From Flectonema sp. DT1601 (lineage: Eukaryota), in the NCBI GenBank assembly GCA_964019425.1, contig OZ025784.1, forward strand, positions 1,721,502-1,741,501: DNA of 20,000 nucleotides. The letters run 5' to 3'. Below the pieces are notes generated by a model that was not told the DNA's origin, did not search any database, and saw only the letters and a list, made by a program, of their open reading frames with translations. A program made the translations under genes and the position numbers. This document shows, one piece after another, positions 1 to 8,734 of this stretch. Every line of letters begins with the position of its first letter. The first letter of the stretch is position 1.

Positions 1-1
1 C

Positions 2-424
2 GCGTCTGTAGGTAGTCGTCGTCAGATCGTTCACATACCATTAACAAACCTAACTCATGAAAATGCCCTGAATCTATTGAGACTTGACGAACTTAAAGGG
101 GCAGGGGATCTGGTAACTGAGTGGTCATTGAATATGTGTGCTGGTAATCCCCGTGCGATTGTGAGTCTCCCCGGAGTGATTAATGACGCAAAGTGTTTTG
201 GTACAGCTGGTCTTGCTTCACGCATAGCTAGTGGAATTTATAGAGCATGTATGTTTCAAACGCTTCACATTTCATTTGTTGAGGACCACCTCGCTGCAGT
301 TCTCACAAAGTCACTCAACAGTGCCACAGAGGATGCATTAAGAATTAGGGGTGCTCTCCACAAACTCTCCAATGGTGTTGAATGCTTAATTCCAATTTGG
401 TTTGGTTTGGGCATGGGCAAATGA
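2..424 (+). CDS. N-terminal portion (cut by the window edge) of a probable Crinkler/RHS-like protein; likely the C-terminal part of a P-loop NTPase module; frameshifts near 401-403 into the 402..1223 frame
   Basis: The frame of ORF 77..424 is open from base 2 (ASVGSRRQIVHIPLTNLTHENALNLLRLDE...). 'IVHIPL...CAGNPRAI' resembles the hhPL...GxPR motifs that follow STAND/Crinkler-type NTPase cores. Family call is motif recognition by eye, not a search. Confidence 0.5.
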   Translation, partial: ASVGSRRQIVHIPLTNLTHENALNLLRLDELKGAGDLVTEWSLNMCAGNPRAIVSLPGVINDAKCFGTAGLASRIASGIYRACMFQTLHISFVEDHLAAVLTKSLNSATEDALRIRGALHKLSNGVECLIPIWFGLGMGK

Positions 425-1223
425 AAAGCACACAAAGATGGTTGGGGAGTGGCTGGTTGGGGAGTGGTTGATTGAATATTTCGGCAGTGATGCAAACATG
501 AACCCCAAAACATTTGAAGAGACAACACTCTACTTTGAAGGGCTTCTGAACCATGCATACAGACAGCTGAAGAAAACACCATTTCTGAGTGAATATTTTG
601 ATGGGGCTGACCATATCCAGGAAAACATAAAAGAATTGATTGTTCACCCCAGGAAAGTGTTAAGAGCGGAAGAACCTTCATCCCTTAGCAGCTTGGGATC
701 TGAAGAGCTTTACAATAAGCTCCAATCTGGACAAGCTGTGTACTCGAAAAATGTTGTCGGAGAGGGTGGTGACATTCTGATCCCTTTGATGCTCTCTGAA
801 GGAAAGAAAAAGGCAACGCTCTACCTATTCTGTGCCCAGTGCAAACTAGCAAAGAGAGTCGATAGCCTCCAAGAAGTAGAAACGAAGGCTGTGGAAATTC
901 CAGCTGTCCAGGAACTCCAGGCTTGGGCGAATAAACAGAAGAAACCACTTGATGTACATGGTCTTTATTTCACCACACACACACCCAAGCTTCAAACTGC
1001 AAAGCGGAAGGGTGTTTGGTTCACAAAGGATTCTATGGAGAAGTGGCTGAGCAGACTTGGTTTGCCAAGAGTCAATTACCACCATGCAAGAACCTCAACA
1101 TCTGGTAGCTCCGCATTACTCAGACACCGGGCGATGAGCTGGTCTACACAACAAAGACCCCATCTACCCACAGCTAGATGCAATGCCCCAAACCTTTTAC
1201 GGCGAATCTGTAGATTTTTGTAG
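402..1223 (+). CDS. C-terminal portion of the same gene; probable PD-(D/E)xK restriction-endonuclease-fold domain (CR-REase-like)
   Basis: 273-codon non-repetitive ORF. Motif order 'TFEE' ... 'GGDIL' ... 'LFCAQCK' fits the E..D..QxK pattern of REase-fold domains in Crinkler/RHS proteins. Removing one T from TTT at 401-403 fuses it to the upstream frame (LIPIWLVWAWANEK). Confidence 0.6.
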   Translation: MVWAWANEKHTKMVGEWLVGEWLIEYFGSDANMNPKTFEETTLYFEGLLNHAYRQLKKTPFLSEYFDGADHIQENIKELIVHPRKVLRAEEPSSLSSLGSEELYNKLQSGQAVYSKNVVGEGGDILIPLMLSEGKKKATLYLFCAQCKLAKRVDSLQEVETKAVEIPAVQELQAWANKQKKPLDVHGLYFTTHTPKLQTAKRKGVWFTKDSMEKWLSRLGLPRVNYHHARTSTSGSSALLRHRAMSWSTQQRPHLPTARCNAPNLLRRICRFL

Positions 1224-2558
1224 AACTTTGATTTCTTATATTTCTATGGTGGCTTCAGTTACACCTTGAGAAAGAAAAAAAGAACCTTCTGGTACAATGC
1301 TGAGTCATCGTCCATTGCCTTCTCGGATCCCATGAGTTCTTTTAAGATGCTTTAATCCGCCGTTCTCCAATAGATTTAAGAAAGGTCCCTCAATTTCTTT
1401 TTAAGGGAAAATGCGTGTCTACTACTGCGTTCCATAGGCTAATCGAGCTGGTATTCGCTATGTAGGTTTACTGTTCCTTGATAGAAGAAATTCCCAAAAG
1501 TCCTTCAAAGTTTGTTTTAAAAAAAACCAAAAACTATGAAACAATAAAGAAGAAGAAGACGAATAGGAAGAATGAACGTGTGAAGGAAAAAAATAAATAA
1601 ATAGTATGCTAAAATCCAAGGTCCGGCGCAGTTATGACATTAAGTTGACTGTCATCTTACCTGATCCTTTTGGTTTTCATTTCTTGCTGAGTGATATGGC
1701 TATGTGCTGCCCAAATCTTTTGTGGTACGTTTCTAAAGCTTTTCGGTAAGCCCACAGTACAATTATAATGCTTTGGGCAACTGGGGGTGAACGATCCTCG
1801 GCACTGTTCCGGGGTTTTCTATTTTCTTTCGTGGAGTGTGGGCATATGGCACATGTGGTCGTATTATAAAGAAAGGTGTATATGAAAGAAAGAAGATTTT
1901 TTATTTTTTTCACCTTCAGATCATTTCTCTTTTATTTTCTTTAGTTGTTTACAACCTGTTAGCCTCTGGGCAAGGCTCGCTTCGCTTGCGCAAAGTTATT
2001 TATTTTTTCTGAATTAAGCTTGTTTTTCCTTTGCCTAAGCATGCAAAACTTAAAACGATGGCTAGGTAATAGTGAGTACGTCGCTTATTTCAAGTTGCCC
2101 ATTTTTATCTTTCTGAACAACCTTATTTTACAACCAAGTGAGTTTTTATTCCCTGTCAGGCTTTTTGGCCTCATCCTTTCTGTTGTTCTATCTCTCAGTT
2201 AATTTTAGTTTTCTGTTTCATTCAGCTTTTTCTTAGCAAACGCAAACTGAACTTAAAAACAAATAATCTTCTGCCAAAGCTTTTTGCAGCAGACATTGAA
2301 TTTTATGTCTGCTTCTTCCCTCCTTCGTTCCTTCTCGGTTCCTCTTTCTCAGTATTTTAAGTAACCCATTTCTATTTTCTTGATGTGATACTTCTGCTTT
2401 GCCTTCCGCTAACTTTTGGGAGGGCTTCATCACCAACGCTTTCTTTTTTGAGCCTTTTGTCGTTGTTCTGTTAGTTTCTGTCCCACCCAGCTCTTAGGCA
2501 GCACCTTATAGTAGGCCCCAATTTCCTTGGAACCCAAAAAATCCCCAATACTGGTATT

Positions 2559-2584
2559 AAACCCGCAAAACCTGCAAACCTGCA
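2559..2584. repeat. Degenerate 3-unit remnant or seed of the octamer repeat (AAACCCGC AAAACCTGC AAACCTGC A)
   Basis: Followed by the same CTAGAGATACCC junction as the arrays ending at 4282 and 8734. Upstream flank ATTTCCTTGGAACCCAAAAAATCCCCAAT resembles ATTTCCTCAGAACCCAAAATATCCCCAAT upstream of the 8430 array. Confidence 0.85.
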
Positions 2585-2699
2585 CTAGAGATACCCTTCC
2601 AGGCTCGCACACAACTTTTTTTTTTAAAGCTTTCTGAGCAAACATCATTTTTACAACCAAGTCACGTCTGTTTTTATTCCCTGGCTAGGTACCCGTCCA

Positions 2700-2763
2700 G
2701 GGTACAAATTTGAACTTAACTTTACGCTCGCTTCGCTCGCGTTAAGTTAAGTCCAATGTACCC
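2700..2763. other. Imperfect hairpin with a GCTCGCTTCGCTCGC centre, copy A (right arm 3 nt shorter than in B and C)
   Basis: GGGTACAAATTTGAACTTAACTTTACGC ... GCGTTAAGTTAAGTCCAATGTACCC. Confidence 0.85.
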
Positions 2764-2802
2764 TTTTCCTTGCTAATTTTTCTGGTTGAAAAACACAAAA
2801 AA

Positions 2803-2872
2803 TGTGCCTGGGAATTGAACCCTTGCCACGGCTACCGAAGAGATTTAAGGTATCCACTCGGCTGTGCAGCCC
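2803..2872 (-). pseudogene. Degenerate tRNA-like / Pol III type-2 promoter unit (also at ~4524-4593 and ~8980-9049)
   Basis: Minus strand reads CAGCCGAGTGG (A-box-like), then GGTTCAATTCC (B-box) ~44 nt later, then a T-run. Cloverleaf stems do not pair well, so it is not an intact tRNA. Confidence 0.45.
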
Positions 2873-2895
2873 TGGGATTTTCTTTTTTTTTTATA

Positions 2896-2977
2896 CTGTA
2901 AAGGGAAATTCTTGTGGGGAAAAACCCGCGAGTTTGAAAAAAAATCTCCAAATCCGCGAGAATATTTCCCTTTACAG
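2896..2977. mobile_element. 82-bp MITE with 14-bp perfect TIRs and a TA target-site duplication (Tc1/mariner-pogo-type signature)
   Basis: TA|CTGTAAAGGGAAAT...ATTTCCCTTTACAG|TA. Removing the element and one TA gives TTTTATATTTATTTATTTGTGTG, the sequence at the paralogous empty site in copy C (~9066-9088). Confidence 0.88.
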
Positions 2978-4060
2978 TATTTATTTATTTGTGTGTTCTT
3001 AGCCTCTTTATGGAAATCCTTCCATTTTCCCTTCCCTCCAGTCTTAACATAGGAGAGTCTACCAGGTGCCTACCCTGGACGCCCTTCGGGCGCGGGATTT
3101 GAACTAATTGCGTGTACGGGCGCGATGGGTTATTGCAGTGGCAGGGGGTCGAACCAGCGATCACCCAGCCTTTTTTTTTTAACAGGCCCAAAGGGCGACA
3201 ATGAAAGATGCTGACCAAGGAATAATATTCAAATGAATTTTTGTTTCAAAGAAACAAACAGGATTAAGGGAGAGGCAGAAAAAAAAAAAAAAAATAATAT
3301 GAAGAGGAAATAATCAAACATGAAAAAAAAAGATAAAATAAAAATAAATAAACGTTATATATAAGCAATTTCTTTTTTTTTCCGCAATTTTCTATTTATT
3401 TATTACTTTTCTGTCCCAACGGGACGACAAATGAAAAATGTCCTCCCTTAGCTGAAAATGCACACTGCACCCTGTTTTATCAAGTCCTTTGTTTTTGTTT
3501 TTCTGAAAGATATCTGTAGTTGTTGTTATATGCTAGCACGAAAACGACAGCTAGGTTTATGATGATTGGATATCTGTTTGTTACATTTGGAAGTATTTTA
3601 CAACAGGTTTATCGAACCTGTATCTGCAATGTGTGCGACCCTGGGATGGGAATATAGGAATTTAGTTATATTAATAAGGTTATCGTTCATTATTTCCAAT
3701 AAAATAGAAATGTGGGAAGAACTATGGGATGGCGGGACGCAGCCCCCCCCCCCAACCCCCCCCAAGGGGGGGGAGCCACTAATAAAGGCCAACCTCCTGA
3801 AAAAGAATCAAGAAAAAACAAAAATGCCCTCACCCAGGGTCGAACTGGTTTACAGCCATTTTGGGTTTTGTAAAGAATGGTTAGTTCTGAAACTATTTGT
3901 GTAGGAAAGACCCTTTACCCAAAAAGAAATGAAATCAAAGATTGCTTTTTCACAGCTTGGCACCTAAAATCCAAAACTCATTAAGAAGGAAAAAATTATT
4001 TCAAAAAGAAAGTTTTTGCTAACTAAATTGGCAGCCATACACCTAAATTTCAAAACCATA

Positions 4061-4282
4061 CCCGCAAACCCGCAAACCCGCAAACCCGCAAACCCGCAAA
4101 CCCGCAAACCCGCAAACCCGCAAACCCGCAAACCCGCAAACCCGCAAACCCGCAAACCCGCAAACCCGCAAACCCGCAAACCCGCAAACCCGCAAACCCG
4201 CAAACCCGCAAACCCGCAAACCCGCAAACCCGCAAACCCGCAAACCCGCAAACCCGCAAACCCGCAAACCCGCAAACCCGCA
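4061..4282. repeat. Telomere-like octamer array (CCCGCAAA), ~28 units
   Basis: Perfect tandem 8-mer, 222 bp. Confidence 0.98.
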
Positions 4283-4403
4283 CTAGAGATACCCCTTCCA
4301 GGCTCGCGTTGCTCGCACAATTTTTTTTTTAAGCTTTCTGAACAAACATTATTTTTACAACCAAGTCACGTCTGTTTTTATTCCCTGGCTAGGTACCCGT
4401 CCA

Positions 4404-4470
4404 GGGTACAAATTTGAACTTAACTTTACGCTCGCTTTGCTCGCGTTAAGTTAAGTCCAATTTTGTACCC
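4404..4470. other. Hairpin with 28-bp arms (25/28 complementary) and 11-nt loop, copy B (copy C at 8860-8926)
   Basis: Left arm GGGTACAAATTTGAACTTAACTTTACGC versus reverse complement of the right arm GGGTACAAAATTGGACTTAACTTAACGC. Confidence 0.9.
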
Positions 4471-4770
4471 TTTTCCTTGCTACTTTCTTCTTACTAATTT
4501 TTCTGGTTGAAAAACACAAAAAATGTGCCTGGGAATTGAACCCTTGCCACGGCTACCGAAGAGATTTAAGGTATCCACTCGGCTGTGCAGCCCTGGGATT
4601 TTCTTTTTTTTTTTTATTTATTTATTTGTGTGTTCTTAGCCTCTTTATGGAAATCCTTCCATTTTCCCTTCCCTCCAGTCTTAACGTAGGAGAGTCTACC
4701 AGGTGCCTACCCTGGATGCCCTTCGGGCGCGGGATTTGAACTAATTGCGTGTACGGGCGCGATGGGTTAT

Positions 4771-4841
4771 TGCAGTGGCAGGGGGTCGAACCAGCGATCA
4801 CCCAGCCCCAGGGCGAGGGTTATACCACTACCCTGGGATAT
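4771..4841 (-). pseudogene. Degenerate tRNA-like sequence resembling tRNA-Gly (also ~9227-9298; partly deleted in copy A)
   Basis: Minus strand TAGTGGTATAACCCTCGCC...GGTTCGACCCCCTGCCACTGCA resembles the eukaryotic tRNA-Gly pattern CAGTGGTAGAATTCTCGCC...GGTTCGATTCCCGGCCAATGCA. Acceptor and anticodon stems are not intact. Confidence 0.4.
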
Positions 4842-5463
4842 CGCAACTTTTTATTATTATTACTTTTCTGCAATTTTTATTTATAAATAAGTTTTCGAAA
4901 AGGTGAGAAGTAACGGGCTGGGAGCTTTTGGCTCCTGCCCTATTCCCGATGTAAACTTTCTTTTCTTTTTTTTTTTTTTTTTAAACAGGCCCAAGGGGCG
5001 ACAATGACTGTTGCTGACCAAGGAATAATATTCAAATGAATTTTCGTTTCAAAGAAACGAACAGGATTAAGGGAGAGGCAGAAAAAAAAAAAAAAAATAA
5101 TATGAAGAGGAAATAATCAAACATGAAAAAAAAAAATAAAATAAAAATAAATAAACGTTATATATAAGCAATTTCTTTTTTTTTTTGCAATTTTTTATTT
5201 ATTTATTACTTTTCTGTCCCAACAGGACGACAAATGAAAAATGTCCTCCCTTAGCTGAAAATGCACACTGCACCCTGTTTTATCAAGTCCTTTGTTTTTG
5301 TTTTTCTGAAAGATATCTGTAGTTGTTGTTATATTAATATGCTAGCACGAAAACGACGGCTAGGTTTATGATGATTGGATATGTGGCTTAGGTTATCTGT
5401 TTGTTACATTTGGAAGTATTTTACAACAGGTTTATCGAACCTGTATCTGCAATGTGTGCGACC

Positions 5464-7246
5464 GAAATAAGCAGCTAAGGTTTGCTTGCGGGAAGAGAAT
5501 CAGCAGCTAAAATTTGCTTGCGGGAAGAGAATCAGCAGCTAAAATTTGCTTGCGGGAAGAAAATAAGCAGCTAAAATTTGCTTGCGGGAAGAAAATAAGC
5601 AGCTAAAATTTGCTTGCGGGAAGAAAATAAGCAGCTAAGGTTTGCTTGCGGGAAGAGAATCAGCAGCTAAAATTTGCTTGCGGGAAGAGAATCAGCAGCT
5701 AAAATTTGCTTGCGGGAAGAAAATAAGCAGCCAAAATTTGCTTGCGGGAAGAAAATAAGCAGCTAAAATTTGCTTGCGGGAAGAAAATAAGCAGCCAAAA
5801 TTTGCTTGCGGGAAGAAAATAAGCAGCTAAAATTTGCTTGCGGGAAGAAAATAAGCAGCTAAGGTTTGCTTGCGGGAAGAGAATCAGCAGCTAAAATTTG
5901 CTTGCGGGAAGAAAATAAGCAGCTAAAATTTGCTTGCGGGAAGAAAATAAGCAGCCAAAATTTGCTTGCGGGAAGAAAATAAGCAGCTAAGATTTGCTTG
6001 CGGGAAGAGAATCAGCAGCTAAAATTTGCTTGCGGGAAGAAAATAAGCAGCTAAAATTTGCTTGCGGGAAGAAAATAAGCAGCTAAAATTTGCTTGCGGG
6101 AAGAAAATAAGCAGCTAAAATTTGCTTGCGGGAAGAAAATAAGCAGCTAAGATTTGCTTGCGGGAAGAGAATCAGCAGCTAAAATTTGCTTGCGGGAAGA
6201 AAATAAGCAGCTAAGGTTTGCTTGCGGGAAGAGAATCAGCAGCTAAAATTTGCTTGCGGGAAGAAAATAAGCAGCTAAGATTTGCTTGCGGGAAGAGAAT
6301 CAGCAGCTAAAATTTGCTTGCGGGAAGAGAATCAGCAGCTAAAATTTGCTTGCGGGAAGAGAATCAGCAGCTAAAATTTGCTTGCGGGAAGAAAATAAGC
6401 AGCTAAAATTTGCTTGCGGGAAGAAAATAAGCAGCTAAAATTTGCTTGCGGGAAGAAAATAAGCAGCTAAGGTTTGCTTGCGGGAAGAGAATCAGCAGCT
6501 AAAATTTGCTTGCGGGAAGAGAATCAGCAGCTAAAATTTGCTTGCGGGAAGAAAATAAGCAGCCAAAATTTGCTTGCGGGAAGAAAATAAGCAGCTAAAA
6601 TTTGCTTGCGGGAAGAAAATAAGCAGCTAAGGTTTGCTTGCGGGAAGAGAATCAGCAGCTAAAATTTGCTTGCGGGAAGAAAATAAGCAGCTAAAATTTG
6701 CTTGCGGGAAGAAAATAAGCAGCCAAAATTTGCTTGCGGGAAGAAAATAAGCAGCTAAAATTTGCTTGCGGGAAGAAAATAAGCAGCTAAGATTTGCTTG
6801 CGGGAAGAGAATCAGCAGCTAAAATTTGCTTGCGGGAAGAAAATAAGCAGCTAAAATTTGCTTGCGGGAAGAAAATAAGCAGCTAAAATTTGCTTGCGGG
6901 AAGAAAATAAGCAGCTAAAATTTGCTTGCGGGAAGAAAATAAGCAGCTAAGATTTGCTTGCGGGAAGAAAATAAGCAGCTAAAATTTGCTTGCGGGAAGA
7001 AAATAAGCAGCTAAAATTTGCTTGCGGGAAGAAAATAAGCAGCCAAAATTTGCTTGCGGGAAGAGAATCAGCAGCTAAAATTTGCTTGCGGGAAGAAAAT
7101 AAGCAGCTAAAATTTGCTTGCGGGAAGAAAATAAGCAGCTAAAATTTGCTTGCGGGAAGAAAATAAGCAGCCAAAATTTGCTTGCGGGAAGAGAATCAGC
7201 AGCTAAAATTTGCTTGCGGGAAGAAAATTAGCAGCCAAAATTTGCT
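5464..7246. repeat. 32-bp minisatellite, ~56 units, consensus AAAATTTGCTTGCGGGAAGAAAATAAGCAGCT
   Basis: Head-to-tail units without spacers. Variants AAAA/AAGG/AAGA, GAAAATAAG/GAGAATCAG, GCT/GCC. Confidence 0.98.
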
Positions 7247-7380
7247 CTGGGGTGCTACATAAGCATTGATTGCAGAAAGGTGGCAAAAATGAAAGGAATT
7301 ATTTATTAAAACCCAAATTGTCTAAACCATAACAGAAAGAAAGCTTGGCACCAAAACCCTAAAACCTATTCTCCTCAGGG

Positions 7381-7632
7381 ATTTGTGAAGCCTTTTCGGG
7401 ATCGATAGGCCAAGGGATAACCATAAAAAAGGTGTAACCATGATTTCTTGGAGGTGAGTGGCACAAAAAGCAGTAAAAAAAAAAAAAAAAAATCCCGTGA
7501 CAAAGGCAAATAACTGCAAAAGCAGCAATTCTCTTTCCGCAAACGCCCCCCCGTTTAACATGCCACACTCTACCTTTCTTCCCGTAATGCGTGACACCAT
7601 TCAACACTTACGTAGCACTTAGCACCAGGCCT
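7381..7632 (+). repeat. Diverged ~250-280 bp direct repeat, copy 1 (copy 2 at ~8025-8304)
   Basis: Shared ATTTGTGAAG.CTTTTCGGG, GATAACCATAAAAAA, TGGAGGTGAGTGGC, poly-A, CCGTGACAAAGGCAAATAAC and CCGTAATGCGTG.CACCA.TCAACACTTA. Confidence 0.88.
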
Positions 7633-7968
7633 GCCAGCAGGAAGAAACAGAAGCCTCATTCTCAGTACGGAAGTAGCTAGGCCTGGCCAGCTTACATAGC
7701 ACTTCTGAGCAACCTAATATTATTCCTGCAATGCGTGACACTATTACGTAGCACTTGGCACCAGGCCTGCCAGCAGGAAGAAACAGAAGCCTCATTCCCA
7801 GTACGGAAGTGGCTAGGCCTGGCCAGCTTACATAGCACTTCTGGGTGACCTAATATTATTCCTGTAATGCGTGACACTATTACGTAGCACTTAGCATCAG
7901 GCCTGCTAGCAGGAAGAAACAGAAGCCTCATTCCCAGTACGGAAGTAGCTAGGCCTGGCCAGCTTACA
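7584..7968. repeat. 136-bp tandem repeat, ~2.8 units
   Basis: TTACGTAGCACTT recurs at 7608, 7744 and 7880 (period 136), with near-identical intervening sequence. Confidence 0.93.
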
Positions 7969-8024
7969 GTGCTGTGTAAGTTTTGACTGGCAAACAACTG
8001 CAAAACTTTTTTCTCCACCCAGAA

Positions 8025-8304
8025 ATTTGTGAAGACTTTTCGGGGCCGATAGATCGAGAGATAACCATAAAAAAAGATGTACTCATGATTTTTTGGAGGT
8101 GAGTGGCGCAAAGTGGTAAAAAAAAAAAAAAAAATTCCGTGACAAAGGCAAATAACAGCAATTTTCTTTCTGCAAACGCCCGCCGTGGATCATCAGACTG
8201 TCATTTGGTAGCGCCGACTTGCCACAGGTCAATATGCAACGCTACTTTTCTTTCCGTAATGCGTGGCACCAGTCAACACTTATGTTGCACTTAGAACCAG
8301 ACCT
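8025..8304 (+). repeat. Diverged direct repeat, copy 2 (of 7381-7632)
   Basis: Same shared motifs as copy 1. Confidence 0.85.
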
Positions 8305-8429
8305 TCTTGCTGGAATGCAAAGAAGAATTAGTGTGTAATTAGGTGAGGCCTGGCCTGGGTACCTGGCCCAGGACTTGGTGGATTTCCTCAGAACCCAAAA
8401 TATCCCCAATGCTGACAATTATATAGGAG

Positions 8430-8734
8430 AAACCCGCAAACCCGCAAACCCGCAAACCCGCAAACCCGCAAACCCGCAAACCCGCAAACCCGCAAACCCG
8501 CAAACCCGCAAACCCGCAAACCCGCAAACCCGCAAACCCGCAAACCCGCAAACCCGCAAACCCGCAAACCCGCAAACCCGCAAACCCGCAAACCCGCAAA
8601 CCCGCAAACCCGCAAACCCGCAAACCCGCAAACCCGCAAACCCGCAAACCCGCAAACCCGCAAACCCGCAAACCCGCAAACCCGCAAACCCGCAAACCCG
8701 CAAACCCGCAAACCCGCAAACCCGCAAACCCGCA
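8430..8734. repeat. Telomere-like octamer array (AAACCCGC), ~38 units
   Basis: Perfect tandem 8-mer, 305 bp, ending CCCGCA|CTAGAG. Confidence 0.98.

Larger units (their letters stand above)
2585..4060 (+). repeat. Array-associated block, copy A (~1.5 kb)
   Basis: Direct-repeat similarity to 4283-5463 and 8735-10360. Carries a private MITE insertion and a deletion after 3170 relative to copies B and C. Confidence 0.95.
4283..5463 (+). repeat. Array-associated block, copy B (truncated; joined to the 32-bp minisatellite)
   Basis: Matches copies A and C up to ...TGTGTGCGACC (5463), then switches abruptly to GAAATAAGCAGCT. Confidence 0.95.

Noticed and set aside
2803..2872. Functional tRNA genes here and at 4771-4841
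   Set aside because: Acceptor and anticodon stems cannot be paired; kept only as degenerate tRNA-like motifs.
3743..3772. C-run/G-run hairpin or G4 motif (also ~10038-10067)
   Set aside because: Simple homopolymer runs of variable length inside the duplicated block, with no independent evidence of function.
1677..3904. Short 60-112 aa ORFs in AT-rich DNA and in the duplicated block
   Set aside because: Low complexity, no recognisable motifs, and frames are not conserved among copies A, B and C.
3964..4417. RVCGFAGL / PANPQTRK ORFs over the short arrays (also 8339-8801 and 10773-11153)
   Set aside because: Translation artefacts of the tandem octamer.
5464..7246. CRISPR array (32-bp repeat length)
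   Set aside because: Units are contiguous with no unique spacers, there are no cas genes, and the context appears eukaryotic.
7381..8304. LTR pair of a TRIM/LTR retroelement
   Set aside because: No TG...CA termini, PBS, PPT or TSD recognised, and the repeats overlap the internal tandem unit.
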